From the NCBI GenBank assembly GCA_016715645.1, contig JADJZR010000004.1, positions 37,269 to 101,268 on the forward strand: a stretch of DNA of 64,000 nucleotides, written 5' to 3'. Within the stretch, counting starts at the first letter, position 1, and each line of letters opens with the position of its first letter. This document shows positions 19,109 through 29,596 of this stretch, one piece after another. Below the pieces are notes generated by a model. The model did not search any database. It had not been told where the DNA came from and saw nothing but the letters and a program-made list of their open reading frames with translations. The stretch is from Elusimicrobiota bacterium. Its GTDB lineage: Bacteria; Elusimicrobiota; Elusimicrobia; FEN-1173. The translations under genes were made by a program, and so were the position numbers.

Positions 19109-20392
19109 TTAAATCTTACGTTCGGGGGTGGGGGGGAGGCGTTTTTCGAGGGAGGGGAGGATTTTGTTCCGTTGTTGTTCAAAGGCGGGGAGGTGGGCGG
19201 AGGGGACACCTCCGACCGAAGGGACTTTGAGTTTTAAGAAATTGATGCTCGTCCCGTTCTTGATCATTTCGAAGTGCAGGTGCGGGCCCGTTGAGAGTCC
19301 TGTGGATCCGACGTAGCCGATCACTTGGCCCTGTTTCACCCGGGTTCCCGCCGATACGTTTTTGGCGAACCGCGACAGGTGCCCGTAATAGCTGGAATAC
19401 GTTCCGTTGTGACGCACTTTCACCACGTTTCCAAGCCCTCCCGCGTATCCTCGAAAATAGACCGTCCCGTCTCCCACCGTGACGACCGGTGTGCCTTTCG
19501 GGGCGGCGTAATCGGTGCCGTGATGGGCCCGATACTTTCGCAAAATGGGGTGGAACCGCCGTGAGGTGAACCCCGACGATATTCGGCGGAAATTGAGCGG
19601 CGCGTGCAAAAAGGACCTCCGCAATGACGCGCCGTCGTGGGCGTAGTAGTCGTCCATAAACCGTGTCGCCGTGTGCCGACCCGTGAACTTCCCGTTGTAA
19701 ATGGCGCCCAGGATTTTCAGGGAAGCCAAGCGATTTTCAGGGGTCCGTTCTTCTTCCCAGGTGAGAGCAAATCGGTCTCCCACGCGGGTCTCCGTTAAAA
19801 AATCAATGTCCCAAGCGAAAATATCGGCCAGTTCGACGATGACGACCGGATCCAACCCTTGACCCCTCATGCTGGCCCACAACGAATCCGTCAACGTTCC
19901 CGAAGCGGTTTTTTCCGATCGGGTCAGGGGCACCGCTTCTTTGCGGGCTGAAAAAGTGCGAGGTTCGTCTCCCTGGCTTGGCTCTACCACAAACCGTTCG
20001 AGTTTGCGGGTCACCAAGAGACTTCGAAAATCGCCCGAGGTGCTGTGGCGGACTTCGTAACGGTCGGACTCGTTAAGCGAGCGGGGGTCTAAAAGTTTTG
20101 ATAAGGTTTGAACGATGGCTTGGGAAAGGTGGGGGTCTATAGACGCCCCGTCAAGAACGTTGAAGAGGCGGGTCCCCTGGGTAAAGGACCCGGCGGTGAG
20201 GACGAACCTTACCGCGTCTTCCGATGCGGTGGGACGTTCCCCGACACCCGTGTCCGGGCCGGAGGAGCGAAGAAAAAACCACAGGAAGAATCCGCCCACG
20301 GCCAGCGCGGCGATCGCCCAAACTCCCCATCGGGTCGGGGGCGGCGAAGCATCGCCCGGATTAACCAAGAGCCGTCGCCATCGTTTGCGCAT
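19109..20392 (-). CDS. M23 family metallopeptidase (LytM-like)
   Basis: C-terminal HxxxD...HLHFE motifs (HHGTDYAAP...GSTGLSTGPHLHFEM) and an N-terminal TM anchor. Confidence 0.85.
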   Translation of the reverse strand: MRKRWRRLLVNPGDASPPPTRWGVWAIAALAVGGFFLWFFLRSSGPDTGVGERPTASEDAVRFVLTAGSFTQGTRLFNVLDGASIDPHLSQAIVQTLSKLLDPRSLNESDRYEVRHSTSGDFRSLLVTRKLERFVVEPSQGDEPRTFSARKEAVPLTRSEKTASGTLTDSLWASMRGQGLDPVVIVELADIFAWDIDFLTETRVGDRFALTWEEERTPENRLASLKILGAIYNGKFTGRHTATRFMDDYYAHDGASLRRSFLHAPLNFRRISSGFTSRRFHPILRKYRAHHGTDYAAPKGTPVVTVGDGTVYFRGYAGGLGNVVKVRHNGTYSSYYGHLSRFAKNVSAGTRVKQGQVIGYVGSTGLSTGPHLHFEMIKNGTSINFLKLKVPSVGGVPSAHLPAFEQQRNKILPSLEKRLPPTPERKI

Positions 20393-20485
20393 CGGGAAAT
20401 TATAGGGAGGCGGCGTTGACCTGTCAAGAAAATCGATGATTTTCCGATAACTGATGGGAAGTGTGCAACTCCAGGAGACGACACC

Positions 20486-22924
20486 ATGACGACTCACGAT
20501 TCGCTCCACGACGACATTAAAGAAATTCTTGTTCGCAACCTGCGCACCACCAGCGGCCGCACGCCCGAATACGCCTCCAAAAACGATTGGTACCAGGCCC
20601 TCGCCTTGACCGTGCGCGAGAAAGTCTATGGGTCCATGGATTACGTGATGGGCCGCTTAAGAAAACCCGACGGCCGGTTGGTGGCTTATTTGTCGGCGGA
20701 GTTTTTGCTGGGCCCGCATCTGCGCAACCACATCTTGAATTTAAACCTACGCCCCGCCGTGGAGGCGGCCATGGCGGCCCTGGGGCTGGACCTGGAACAA
20801 ATATTGGATCAGGAAGAAGAACCGGGTTTGGGCAATGGCGGGTTGGGTCGGTTGGCGGCGTGTTTTTTGGATTCTTTGGCCACGTTGGGCATTCCGGCCA
20901 AAGGATACGGGATCCGATACGAGTTCGGAATTTTTGACCAACAAATTCGCAACGGCGCCCAGGTGGAAGTGACCGACAAATGGCTCAAGCACGGCAACCC
21001 GTGGGAAATTCCCCATCCGGAAATTGCCTTCACCGTGGGGTTCGGCGGTCACACCGAAAACGTCCAAAACGAATCGGGCCGGTTGCGCACCCGTTGGGTG
21101 CCCAACTGGGTCGTCAACGGAGTGGCCTACGACACGCCCATGACGGGGTATCGATCGCCCAGCGCGGCGCTGTTGCGGTTGTGGAAAGCGGAAGCGGTGG
21201 AATCGTTCGATTTTGCCGCCTTCAACAGCGGCGACTACTATCGTGCGGTGCACGACAAAATCACCTCCGAAAATATTTCCAAAGTTCTCTATCCCAACGA
21301 CGACGCGCCGGAAGGCAAACGGCTTCGGCTGGAACAACAGTATTTTTTCGTCTCGTGCACGCTCCAGGATTTGATTCGGGTCAACATGGCCCTCAAAAAC
21401 CCGCTCACGCAGTTTCATAAAAAGTTTGCCGTTCAACTCAACGACACCCACCCCAGCGTGGCCGTGGCGGAACTGATGCGCCTGTTCGTGGACGTGCACG
21501 GCATGGAATGGGACGAATCGTGGAACATCGTCCGGGAAACGTTCGGTTACACCAACCACACGCTGATGCCGGAAGCCCTGGAGAAATGGCCCGTGGGCCT
21601 GTTTGGGTCTCTTTTACCGAGACACCTGGAAATTATTTATGAAATCAACCGCCGTTTCATCGCGGATGTTCGCCGGGATCACCCCGGGGACGAGGATTTG
21701 GTCCGCCGGGTGTCGTTGATCGACGAAGGGGGGGAACGCTATGTCCGCATGGCCCATCTGGCCGCCGTGGGAAGCCGGGCCATCAACGGCGTCGCTCAAC
21801 TGCACACCGACCTGCTTAAAAAAGATGTTCTGCGGGATTTTCATTATTTGATGCCGGAAAAAATCGTTAACATCACCAACGGCGTAACGCCCCGGCGGTT
21901 TGTGGCCTCGGCCAATCCCGGGTTGGCGGCATTAATCAGCGAAGCCATCGGAGATTCCTGGATTCTTCGGTCGGAACAAGAGTTGCCCCGCCTGGCGCCG
22001 TTCGCGTCCGACGCCGGTTTTCGCGCCCGGTGGAAAGAGGTCAAAACGCGCAACAAACGGCGATTGGCCGGGCTGATTTTGGACCGCACGGGCGTGACCG
22101 TCAACCCCGACAGTTTGTTTGACGTCCAGGTCAAACGCATTCACGAATACAAACGCCAACACTTAAACGCGCTGCATGTTCTTCGGCGGTATTTGGATTT
22201 GAAAGATAATCCGCGGTTGTCTCCGGTTCCCCGAACGTTTGTTTTCGGCGGGAAAGCGGCTCCGGGCTATTTCATGGCGAAATTGATGATCCGGTTCATC
22301 AATGCCGTGGCCGATACGGTCAACCACGACCCCGCCACCCGCGACACCTATCGGGTGGTGTTTTTTCCCGACTTCAACGTGAAATACGGAGAGGCGATTT
22401 ATCCGGCGGCGGAACTGTCTGAACAAATTTCCACGGCCGGCAAAGAAGCGTCGGGAACCGGCAACATGAAGTTCACGCTCAACGGCGCGCTCACCATCGG
22501 CACCTTGGACGGCGCCAACGTGGAAATCCGCGACGCCGTGGGTCACGACCATTTTTTCCTGTTCGGAAAAACCGCGCCGGAAGTGGACGCTCTGTGGCGG
22601 GCGGGATACAACCCTCGCCGGTTTTACGAGGCGGATCCCCGGTTGTCGGAAGTGTTGGATTTCGTGTCGTCGGGGTTTTTATCCCCCCACGATCGCGGCC
22701 TGTTCCGACCTTTGGTGGACACGTTGTTGTACCGCGACCCGTTTCTGGTCATGGCGGATTTCGCCGCTTATGTGGACGCCCAAGACGCCGTGAACCAAAC
22801 TTACGCCGACCCGTCCCTCTGGGGCGAGAAATCCATCCTCAACGTGGCCGGAGCCGGCCGGTTTTCGTCCGACCGCTCCATCCGCGATTACGCCCGGGAG
22901 ATCTGGAAGATTAAGCTTACTTGA
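20486..22924 (+). CDS. glgP: glycogen/alpha-glucan phosphorylase (GT35)
   Basis: 812 aa with the PLP-site motif EASGTGNMKFTLNGALTIGTLDGANVEI and overall GT35 collinearity. Confidence 0.9.
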   Translation: MTTHDSLHDDIKEILVRNLRTTSGRTPEYASKNDWYQALALTVREKVYGSMDYVMGRLRKPDGRLVAYLSAEFLLGPHLRNHILNLNLRPAVEAAMAALGLDLEQILDQEEEPGLGNGGLGRLAACFLDSLATLGIPAKGYGIRYEFGIFDQQIRNGAQVEVTDKWLKHGNPWEIPHPEIAFTVGFGGHTENVQNESGRLRTRWVPNWVVNGVAYDTPMTGYRSPSAALLRLWKAEAVESFDFAAFNSGDYYRAVHDKITSENISKVLYPNDDAPEGKRLRLEQQYFFVSCTLQDLIRVNMALKNPLTQFHKKFAVQLNDTHPSVAVAELMRLFVDVHGMEWDESWNIVRETFGYTNHTLMPEALEKWPVGLFGSLLPRHLEIIYEINRRFIADVRRDHPGDEDLVRRVSLIDEGGERYVRMAHLAAVGSRAINGVAQLHTDLLKKDVLRDFHYLMPEKIVNITNGVTPRRFVASANPGLAALISEAIGDSWILRSEQELPRLAPFASDAGFRARWKEVKTRNKRRLAGLILDRTGVTVNPDSLFDVQVKRIHEYKRQHLNALHVLRRYLDLKDNPRLSPVPRTFVFGGKAAPGYFMAKLMIRFINAVADTVNHDPATRDTYRVVFFPDFNVKYGEAIYPAAELSEQISTAGKEASGTGNMKFTLNGALTIGTLDGANVEIRDAVGHDHFFLFGKTAPEVDALWRAGYNPRRFYEADPRLSEVLDFVSSGFLSPHDRGLFRPLVDTLLYRDPFLVMADFAAYVDAQDAVNQTYADPSLWGEKSILNVAGAGRFSSDRSIRDYAREIWKIKLT

Positions 22925-23324
22925 CGCCGTTGCTGTTCAGGAAATCCGAATATTTTTTATCGGTTCCGCAGATGTGTTTGGTGAGCCAGTTGCTCAGGAA
23001 GTCCATGATATTGATGGTGAGGCTCATGTTGCCTTTTTTGAAACCTTCCCGAAACTCCGACACCTTTTTGACAAACGCGGCGTGTTCTTCTTTGTGGGCT
23101 GGCGTGTCGGGATACTTGTACTTATCGAACAGCATTTCTTCTTTGGAGAAGTGAACCTGGGTGTAGGCGATCAATCCGTCGATAAGGGGAGACAGGATGT
23201 CTTTGGCCTTGCCTTTGAGCATGGCGTCGTTTAACTCGTTGATCATCGTGATGAGTTTTTGGTGTTGCGAGTCGATTTCTCCGATTTTTACGCTGTAGCT
23301 GGGGTTCCAATTAATCAGGGCCAT
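22917..23324 (-). CDS. hemerythrin-like (bacteriohemerythrin) protein
   Basis: H...HF..EE...H...H...D iron-ligand pattern (IDSQHQKL..HFSKEE..HKEEH). Local GC ~48% against ~63% around it. Confidence 0.8.
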   Translation of the reverse strand: MALINWNPSYSVKIGEIDSQHQKLITMINELNDAMLKGKAKDILSPLIDGLIAYTQVHFSKEEMLFDKYKYPDTPAHKEEHAAFVKKVSEFREGFKKGNMSLTINIMDFLSNWLTKHICGTDKKYSDFLNSNGVK

Positions 23325-23445
23325 TGCATCTCCTTTAATTGCGGTGGAATAGACAGACGTCCAAGCGTAGCCCCGGAATGATTTTTTTTCAAGGGAATTT
23401 TATTGTAGGATTCAAAACACTTAATTTTCTATTGGAGGGCGGGCT

Positions 23446-24474
23446 GTGATCTCGATCTCTTTGCCGATGGCGACGGGCCTGTTTTTTGTCTCCGGCATGG
23501 CCGGGCTGATGTATGAGGTGGTTTGGATCCGAATGATGGCCAGCGCGTTCGGGGCCACGGACACGCCATGGCCGTCGTGGTATCGGCGTTCATGGCGGGA
23601 TTGGCTTTGGGCGGGTGGGCGTTCGGCCGATGGATGGATCGGGTTCGTCATCCGTTGCGGGCTTACGCCTGGCTGGAAGCCGGGATCGCCCTGTCGGCCC
23701 TCCTGGTGCCGTTGGTTCTCCGGGCCTCGGAATGGATCTACGTCGCCGTGTATGCCCAATTTCCGAACAGCCCTCTTGTGGGCGTGTTGAGCTGGTTTTT
23801 CTTGTCGTTTGTTCCTCTTCTTGTTCCTCCCACGCTGATGGGCGCGACTCTTCCGGCCATCAGCAAACACATGGCGCGCCGAGCCGATCGGATCGGGACC
23901 GACGTGGGATCGTTGTACAGCGTCAACATCGTCGGTGCCGTGGGGGGGGGCTTATCTGGCGGGATTTATCCTGGTCGGCCGCTATGGCCTTGATCGGACC
24001 GTTTTTTTGGCGGGGGGCCTAAACATTCTGGCCGACCTCTTGGCGTTGGGTATCGATCGATATACGCAAGCGCCCACACCAGCGTTGAATCTATCGGCGG
24101 GACAGGCCCAAGGGGAGCCCTCTCGACCGGTTTGGATGGTCGTCTTTTTTCTCACGGGCTTCGCCTCTTTGGCGTTTCAAATTTTGTGGACCAAGGGCTT
24201 GGCCCTTTTCGTGGACAACACGGTTTATTCCTCTTCGGCCAAATCCCACAACAACATAGCGACCCTTTACCTGGCGGTCGGGCAGGGAGACACGGCCGCG
24301 AGGCATTTTCTTCGGGCCATTGAATTGGATCCGGCGTATGTGACCCCGCGTTTGAATCTGGGATTTTACTACCGCGATGCCGGGAAGAGCGATCAAGTGG
24401 AGGAACAGTTTCAGAGAGCCCGCGAGATCGATCCCACCCACCCCGCTTTGCGGGAGATCCACGCTTTGCCGTGA
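23446..24474 (+). CDS. polytopic membrane protein (MFS-like N-terminal module of fused spermidine-synthase-type proteins) with a C-terminal TPR; two apparent frameshifts
   Basis: Fragments 23446.. (GLMYEVVWIRMMASAFGAT), 23523..23993 and 23935..24474 (TPR: AIELDPAYVTPRLNLGFYY). Frame switches at GG 23559-23560 and at a G9 tract 23944-23952. Confidence 0.6.
23944..23952. repeat. G9 homopolymer tract inside a coding sequence
   Basis: Nine consecutive G (cgtGGGGGGGGGcttatc) coincide with the frame change in the membrane/TPR gene. Confidence 0.9.
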
Positions 24475-24507
24475 ACGAGTGAGCTTAGTTTGGTATCATA
24501 CCGTCCT

Positions 24508-27500
24508 ATGAACGCGCTCAACGAATTGGTGCGGGAAAAAATTTTAATTTTGGACGGGGCCATGGGCACCGCCCTTCAAAAGATGAATTTGACGGCGGCG
24601 GATTTCGGCGGACCCGCCCTGGACGGGTGCAACGAACATTTGGTCTTGTCAAAACCCGAGGCCATCGCCGCGGTCCACGAATCGTATCTGGCGGCGGGCG
24701 CCGACATCATTGAAACCAATAGTTTCGGGTCGACCCCGCTGGTGTTGGCCGAATATAGCCTGGCCGACAAGGCCCACACGCTCAACCGGGCCGCCGCTCA
24801 ACTGGCCAAATCCGTCGCCGCCAAACATTCGACACCTCAAAAGCCGCGGTTCGTTGCGGGGTCTGTGGGCCCCACCACCAAATCTCTTTTTGTCACCGGC
24901 GGGGCCACGTTCGATCAATTGGTGGAAAATTTTCAGGTCCAGGGCCGCGGCCTTTTGGAAGGCGGCGTGGATCTGTTTTTGGTGGAAACTTGCCAAGACA
25001 GCCTGAACATCAAAGCCGCTTTGATCGGTTTGGACCGCGCCATGGTCGATGCCGGGCGAACGGTTCCTGTGAGCGTTTCGGCCACCATTGAGGTGATGGG
25101 CACCACCCTGGCCGGGCAGGGGATCGAGGCCCTCTATTATTCATTCCAACAACGGAACCTGTTCACGTTCGGCATCAACTGCGCCACCGGGCCGGATTTT
25201 ATGGCCGACCACATTCGCACGCTCTCGGAAATCTGTCGATGGGGAGTGTCCTGTTATCCCAACGCGGGGTTGCCCGACGAAGAAGGGCGGTATAACGAAA
25301 CGCCGGAAATGATCGCCCGCAAACTGGAACGGTTTGTGGACAAGGGGTGGGTCAACCTTCTGGGCGGCTGTTGCGGCACAACCCCGGACCATGTCCGATT
25401 GATCGCGCGGATGGCCGACGGAAAGAAGCCCCGGCGTCTTCCCGCCGCCACGCGCTTTTCTCTTTCCGGATTGGACCCGCTGGTGGTGACCGACGAGATG
25501 CGCCCCGTGGCTGTGGGCGAGCGGACCAACGTGATCGGAAGCCGAAAATTCAAGGAAATGATCGTCGCGGGTCAGTTTGAAGAAGCGTCCGAGATCGGGC
25601 GAAAACAAGCCCGGGCCGGCGCTCCCGTGATCGATGTGTGTTTGGCGAACCCCGATCGCAACGAGAAATCCGATATGGAGGCGTTTTTGGGCCATTTGAC
25701 CAAAAAGGTTAAAACTCCCCTCATGATTGACAGCACCGACCCGGTGGTGATGGAAGCGGCGCTTAAACTGTGCCCGGGCCGATCGGTGATCAATTCCGTG
25801 AACTTGGAAGATGGCGAAGAGCGGTTTGCCCATGTGGCCAGGCTGGTTCGCGAGTACGGCGCCGCGGTGGTGGTGGGTTGCATCGACGAAGACAAAGCCC
25901 AGGGCATGGCCGTGACCCGGGATCGGAAAGAAGCCGTGGCCCGCAGGGCATTCGCCCTGTTGACACAAAAAGAGGGGTTATTTCCGGAAGATATTATTTT
26001 CGACCCGCTGGTTTTTCCGGCGGCCACGGGTGACAAAAATTACATCGGGTCGGCCCGGGAAACCATCGAAGGCGTTCGATTGATCAAGGCGGCGTTTCCC
26101 CGGTGCAAGACCATTTTGGGGGTCAGCAACGTATCGTTCGGTTTGCCGGAAGCGGGCCGTGACGTGATGAACGCCGTGTTTCTGCACGATTGCGTTCAAG
26201 CGGGTTTGGATTTCGCCATTGTGAACGCTGAGAAATTGGCGCGATACGCCTCGATTCCCGCCGCCGAAATTGAGCTGGTTCGGTCGGTTTTGTTCGCGTC
26301 GCCGGACGAGTCGAAAGGCGCGGTGGACCGGTTCACCGCCCATTTCCGTGGCAAATCGTCGGTTCAAAAGACAACGCCCGTTCGACATGCCACACCGGAA
26401 GAACGAATCGCTCAAAATGTTGTGGACGGTTCCAAGGAGGGACTGCTGTCTGATCTCGACGCGCTTTTGGAAGGAGAGGGCCGAATGGCCCCCCTGGGCA
26501 TCGTGAACGGGCCGTTGATGAAAGGAATGGACACGGTGGGCCGCCTGTTTGCGAAAAACGAAATGATTGTGGCGGAAGTGCTTCAATCGGCCGAAGTGAT
26601 GAAAGCAGCGGTGGCCCATCTGGAACCCCACATGAGCAAGGCCGACGCCGCCGCCCGGGGCACGATGGTGTTGGCCACGGTCAAAGGCGACGTCCATGAC
26701 ATCGGAAAAAACCTTGTCCACATCATTCTCAAAAACAACGGGTTTCGCGTCATTGATTTAGGCATCAAATGTCCGCCGGAAGAATTGGTTCGGGCTGTTC
26801 AAGAACACCGACCGGACATGGTAGGTTTGTCGGGCCTGTTGGTTAAATCCGCCCAGCAAATGGTGGTCACCGCTGAAGACATGAAGGTTGCCGGCGTGAC
26901 CGTCCCGGTGTTGGTGGGGGGGGCGGCCTTGTCGGAAAAGTTTACGTCGACCAAAATTTCTCCGGCCTACGGGGCGGACGTTTTTTACGCCAAAGACGCC
27001 ATGGCGGGGCTCGACATGGCCAACCGACTCATGGAAAAGGGGTCCCGGGAAAAGTTGCTGGAGGCCAACCGGACTCGACAATCCGAGTTGCGGACTGCCC
27101 CGGCCGTCCGGGCGTCGCCGGTCGTGGCGCGGGCGGTCATCGAGCACGGGGCGGACTCGCCCCTGCCGCCGGATTTGAAACCCCACGTCTGGGAAGACGC
27201 CCGGGTGGAAGACGTTTTTCGGTACATTAATCCGGTGATGCTGTACGGAAAACATTTGGGATTGCGCGGCACGCTGAAAAAGTTGTTGGACATCGGGGAC
27301 GAAAAAGCGATCAAACTTCACCGAGCCGTCACGGATTTGCAGGGAGATATTTTGGCCCGGGGTTTGATCAAGCCCCGGGCGATCTGGCGGTTTTTTTGCG
27401 CCGACTCTGACGCCGAGACGCTGCGGGTGTATGAATCGCCCGGCCAATCGGTTCCCACGGTTGAGTTCGCGTTCCCTCGTCAGGCCACGGGGGAAGGGCT

Positions 27501-27957
27501 GTGCCTGGCCGATTTCGTGCGGCCGGCGGCCGCCGGGAAAAAAGATTTCGTGGCATTTTTCGTCGTCACCTGCGGGCAGGGGATTTTGGAGTTGTCCCGG
27601 GCGTGGATGGAGAAGGGCGACTATCTTAAATCCCACGCGGTTCAAGCCGTGGCCATTGAGTCGGCGGAAGCGTTCGCGGAATTGTTGCACGAACGTATTC
27701 GCGCCATGTGGGGTTTCCCGGACGGCGCGGCCCTCACGATGTCCGACAAATTTCAAACCCAGTACCGGGGTGTGCGGGTGAGTTTCGGATACCCCGCGTG
27801 CCCGAACCTGGAAGACCAACGAAAACTGTTCCGGCTACTGGACCCATCGTCCATCGGGGTGACCCTGACCGAAAACGACATGATGGAGCCCGAAGCCAGC
27901 GTGTCCGCCCTGGTTTTCCACCATCCCCAGGCCCGCTATTTTTCCGTTGGCGAATAG
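24508..27957 (+). CDS. metH: cobalamin-dependent methionine synthase
   Basis: Hcy-binding, pterin-binding, B12-binding (DVHDIGKN) and AdoMet-activation domains all present in order. ~1150 aa. Confidence 0.9.
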   Translation: MNALNELVREKILILDGAMGTALQKMNLTAADFGGPALDGCNEHLVLSKPEAIAAVHESYLAAGADIIETNSFGSTPLVLAEYSLADKAHTLNRAAAQLAKSVAAKHSTPQKPRFVAGSVGPTTKSLFVTGGATFDQLVENFQVQGRGLLEGGVDLFLVETCQDSLNIKAALIGLDRAMVDAGRTVPVSVSATIEVMGTTLAGQGIEALYYSFQQRNLFTFGINCATGPDFMADHIRTLSEICRWGVSCYPNAGLPDEEGRYNETPEMIARKLERFVDKGWVNLLGGCCGTTPDHVRLIARMADGKKPRRLPAATRFSLSGLDPLVVTDEMRPVAVGERTNVIGSRKFKEMIVAGQFEEASEIGRKQARAGAPVIDVCLANPDRNEKSDMEAFLGHLTKKVKTPLMIDSTDPVVMEAALKLCPGRSVINSVNLEDGEERFAHVARLVREYGAAVVVGCIDEDKAQGMAVTRDRKEAVARRAFALLTQKEGLFPEDIIFDPLVFPAATGDKNYIGSARETIEGVRLIKAAFPRCKTILGVSNVSFGLPEAGRDVMNAVFLHDCVQAGLDFAIVNAEKLARYASIPAAEIELVRSVLFASPDESKGAVDRFTAHFRGKSSVQKTTPVRHATPEERIAQNVVDGSKEGLLSDLDALLEGEGRMAPLGIVNGPLMKGMDTVGRLFAKNEMIVAEVLQSAEVMKAAVAHLEPHMSKADAAARGTMVLATVKGDVHDIGKNLVHIILKNNGFRVIDLGIKCPPEELVRAVQEHRPDMVGLSGLLVKSAQQMVVTAEDMKVAGVTVPVLVGGAALSEKFTSTKISPAYGADVFYAKDAMAGLDMANRLMEKGSREKLLEANRTRQSELRTAPAVRASPVVARAVIEHGADSPLPPDLKPHVWEDARVEDVFRYINPVMLYGKHLGLRGTLKKLLDIGDEKAIKLHRAVTDLQGDILARGLIKPRAIWRFFCADSDAETLRVYESPGQSVPTVEFAFPRQATGEGLCLADFVRPAAAGKKDFVAFFVVTCGQGILELSRAWMEKGDYLKSHAVQAVAIESAEAFAELLHERIRAMWGFPDGAALTMSDKFQTQYRGVRVSFGYPACPNLEDQRKLFRLLDPSSIGVTLTENDMMEPEASVSALVFHHPQARYFSVGE

Positions 27958-28022
27958 TCAGCCCATTTTTTGTCTTGGACATGCCTTAGGCCCGTCGATA
28001 AATGATAAAATTTCCACGAGCT

Positions 28023-29243
28023 ATGAAACCCATCTATTTCGATAACAACGCCACCACCCCGGTTCGGGCGGAGGTGTTTGAGGCCATGAGGCCGTTTTTG
28101 GCGCCGGACGGGGGGTTCGGCAATCCGTCGAGCCTGCACACCCTCGGGCAACAGGCCCATGCCGCGATGGAATCGTCACGGGAACAGGTGGCGGCGCTGG
28201 TGGGCGCGGCGGATCCGGCCGAAATTGTTTTTACGTCCTGTGGGACGGAAGCCGATAATATGGCCGTGATCGGCGCCGCCTTTGCCCATCGCGACAAAGG
28301 ACGTCATTTGATCACGAGCGCCGTGGAGCATCACGCCGTTCTCCACGCCTGCGACTATTTGGAAAAAGAACATGGGTTCGCGGTCACGTATTTGCCGGTG
28401 GACCGGCACGGTCGGGTGTCCCCGGACGACTTGCGCGCGGCCCTTCGGCCCGACACGTTGCTGGTGTCCATCATGACCGCCAACAACGAGATCGGAACCA
28501 TTGAGCCGATACAGGAACTGGGGGAGCTGTGCCGCAACGCCGGCGTGTTGTTCCATACCGACGCCGTTCAATCAGCTGGCAAGGTTCCCCTGGACCTTAA
28601 AGAATGGCCCGTGGATCTCGCCGCCCTCTCCGGACATAAACTCTATGGCCCCAAGGGAATTGGCGCCCTCTACATTCGGCGGGGGGTTCAACTTCACGCC
28701 CTGTTGCATGGGGGCGCCCACGAGAAAAATCGCCGCGCGGGGACCGAAAATGTGCCGGGAGCGGTGGGCCTGGGTGTGGCCTGCCATCTGGCTCTGAAAG
28801 AAATGGCGACGGAAGAACCCCGCGTGAGAGCCCTTCGGGACCGATTGGAACAAGGGCTTTTAGAACGGGTCCCCTGTGCTTACCTGAACGGCCATCCCGC
28901 GCACCGGTTGGGCAACACCACCAACGTGTCTTTTGATGCGGTGGAAGGGGAATCCCTGGTCCTGGCGTTGGATCAGGCGGGATTTACGCTCAGAAACGAG
29001 GGGCTTCCGGGGTTGGAAATCTCAACGGGGTCGGCGTGCGCGTCGGGGTTGCTCGAGCCGTCCCATGTGTTGAAAGCCATCGGTGTTCCGTCCGATCGCA
29101 TTCACGGGAGCGTGCGGTTTTCTTTGGGCCATTTCAACACGGACGCCGATATCGATGCCGCGCTGGACATTATTCCCCGAGCGGTGGATCGGCTTCGTTC
29201 GTTGTCTCCCATTTGGGAAGATCGTCAAAAGGCCGGGGTGTAA
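28023..29243 (+). CDS. iscS: cysteine desulfurase (NifS/IscS)
   Basis: PLP-lysine motif SGHKLYGPKG and an active-site Cys loop STGSACAS. Confidence 0.85.
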   Translation: MKPIYFDNNATTPVRAEVFEAMRPFLAPDGGFGNPSSLHTLGQQAHAAMESSREQVAALVGAADPAEIVFTSCGTEADNMAVIGAAFAHRDKGRHLITSAVEHHAVLHACDYLEKEHGFAVTYLPVDRHGRVSPDDLRAALRPDTLLVSIMTANNEIGTIEPIQELGELCRNAGVLFHTDAVQSAGKVPLDLKEWPVDLAALSGHKLYGPKGIGALYIRRGVQLHALLHGGAHEKNRRAGTENVPGAVGLGVACHLALKEMATEEPRVRALRDRLEQGLLERVPCAYLNGHPAHRLGNTTNVSFDAVEGESLVLALDQAGFTLRNEGLPGLEISTGSACASGLLEPSHVLKAIGVPSDRIHGSVRFSLGHFNTDADIDAALDIIPRAVDRLRSLSPIWEDRQKAGV

Positions 29244-29596
29244 TGTATTCGGCGAAAGTGATGGACCATTTTCAAAACCCCCGCAACGTCGGCGATATGC
29301 CCGACGCCGATACAGTGGGGTCCGCGGGTAGCCCCACGTGCGGAGATATTCTTAAGCTTTACCTGAAATTTCACAATGGGCGGGTGTCTCGGGCGACGTT
29401 CAAAACGTTCGGTTGCGGGGCGGCCATTGCCGCGTCGTCCATGTTAACCGAGATGGTGATTGGTAAAACTGTTTCGGAATTAAAATCAATCACCAATACC
29501 CAAGTGGCGGAAGCGTTGGGCGGGTTGCCGCCCATCAAAATGCACTGTTCAGTCTTGGCGGAACAAGCGTTAAAATCCGCCTTGGAAAAACGATGA
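29243..29596 (+). CDS. iscU: Fe-S cluster scaffold IscU/NifU N-terminal domain
   Basis: Motifs GSPTCGD, GCGAAIA and HCSVLAEQAL. ATG overlaps the iscS stop (TAATG). Confidence 0.85.
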   Translation: MYSAKVMDHFQNPRNVGDMPDADTVGSAGSPTCGDILKLYLKFHNGRVSRATFKTFGCGAAIAASSMLTEMVIGKTVSELKSITNTQVAEALGGLPPIKMHCSVLAEQALKSALEKR

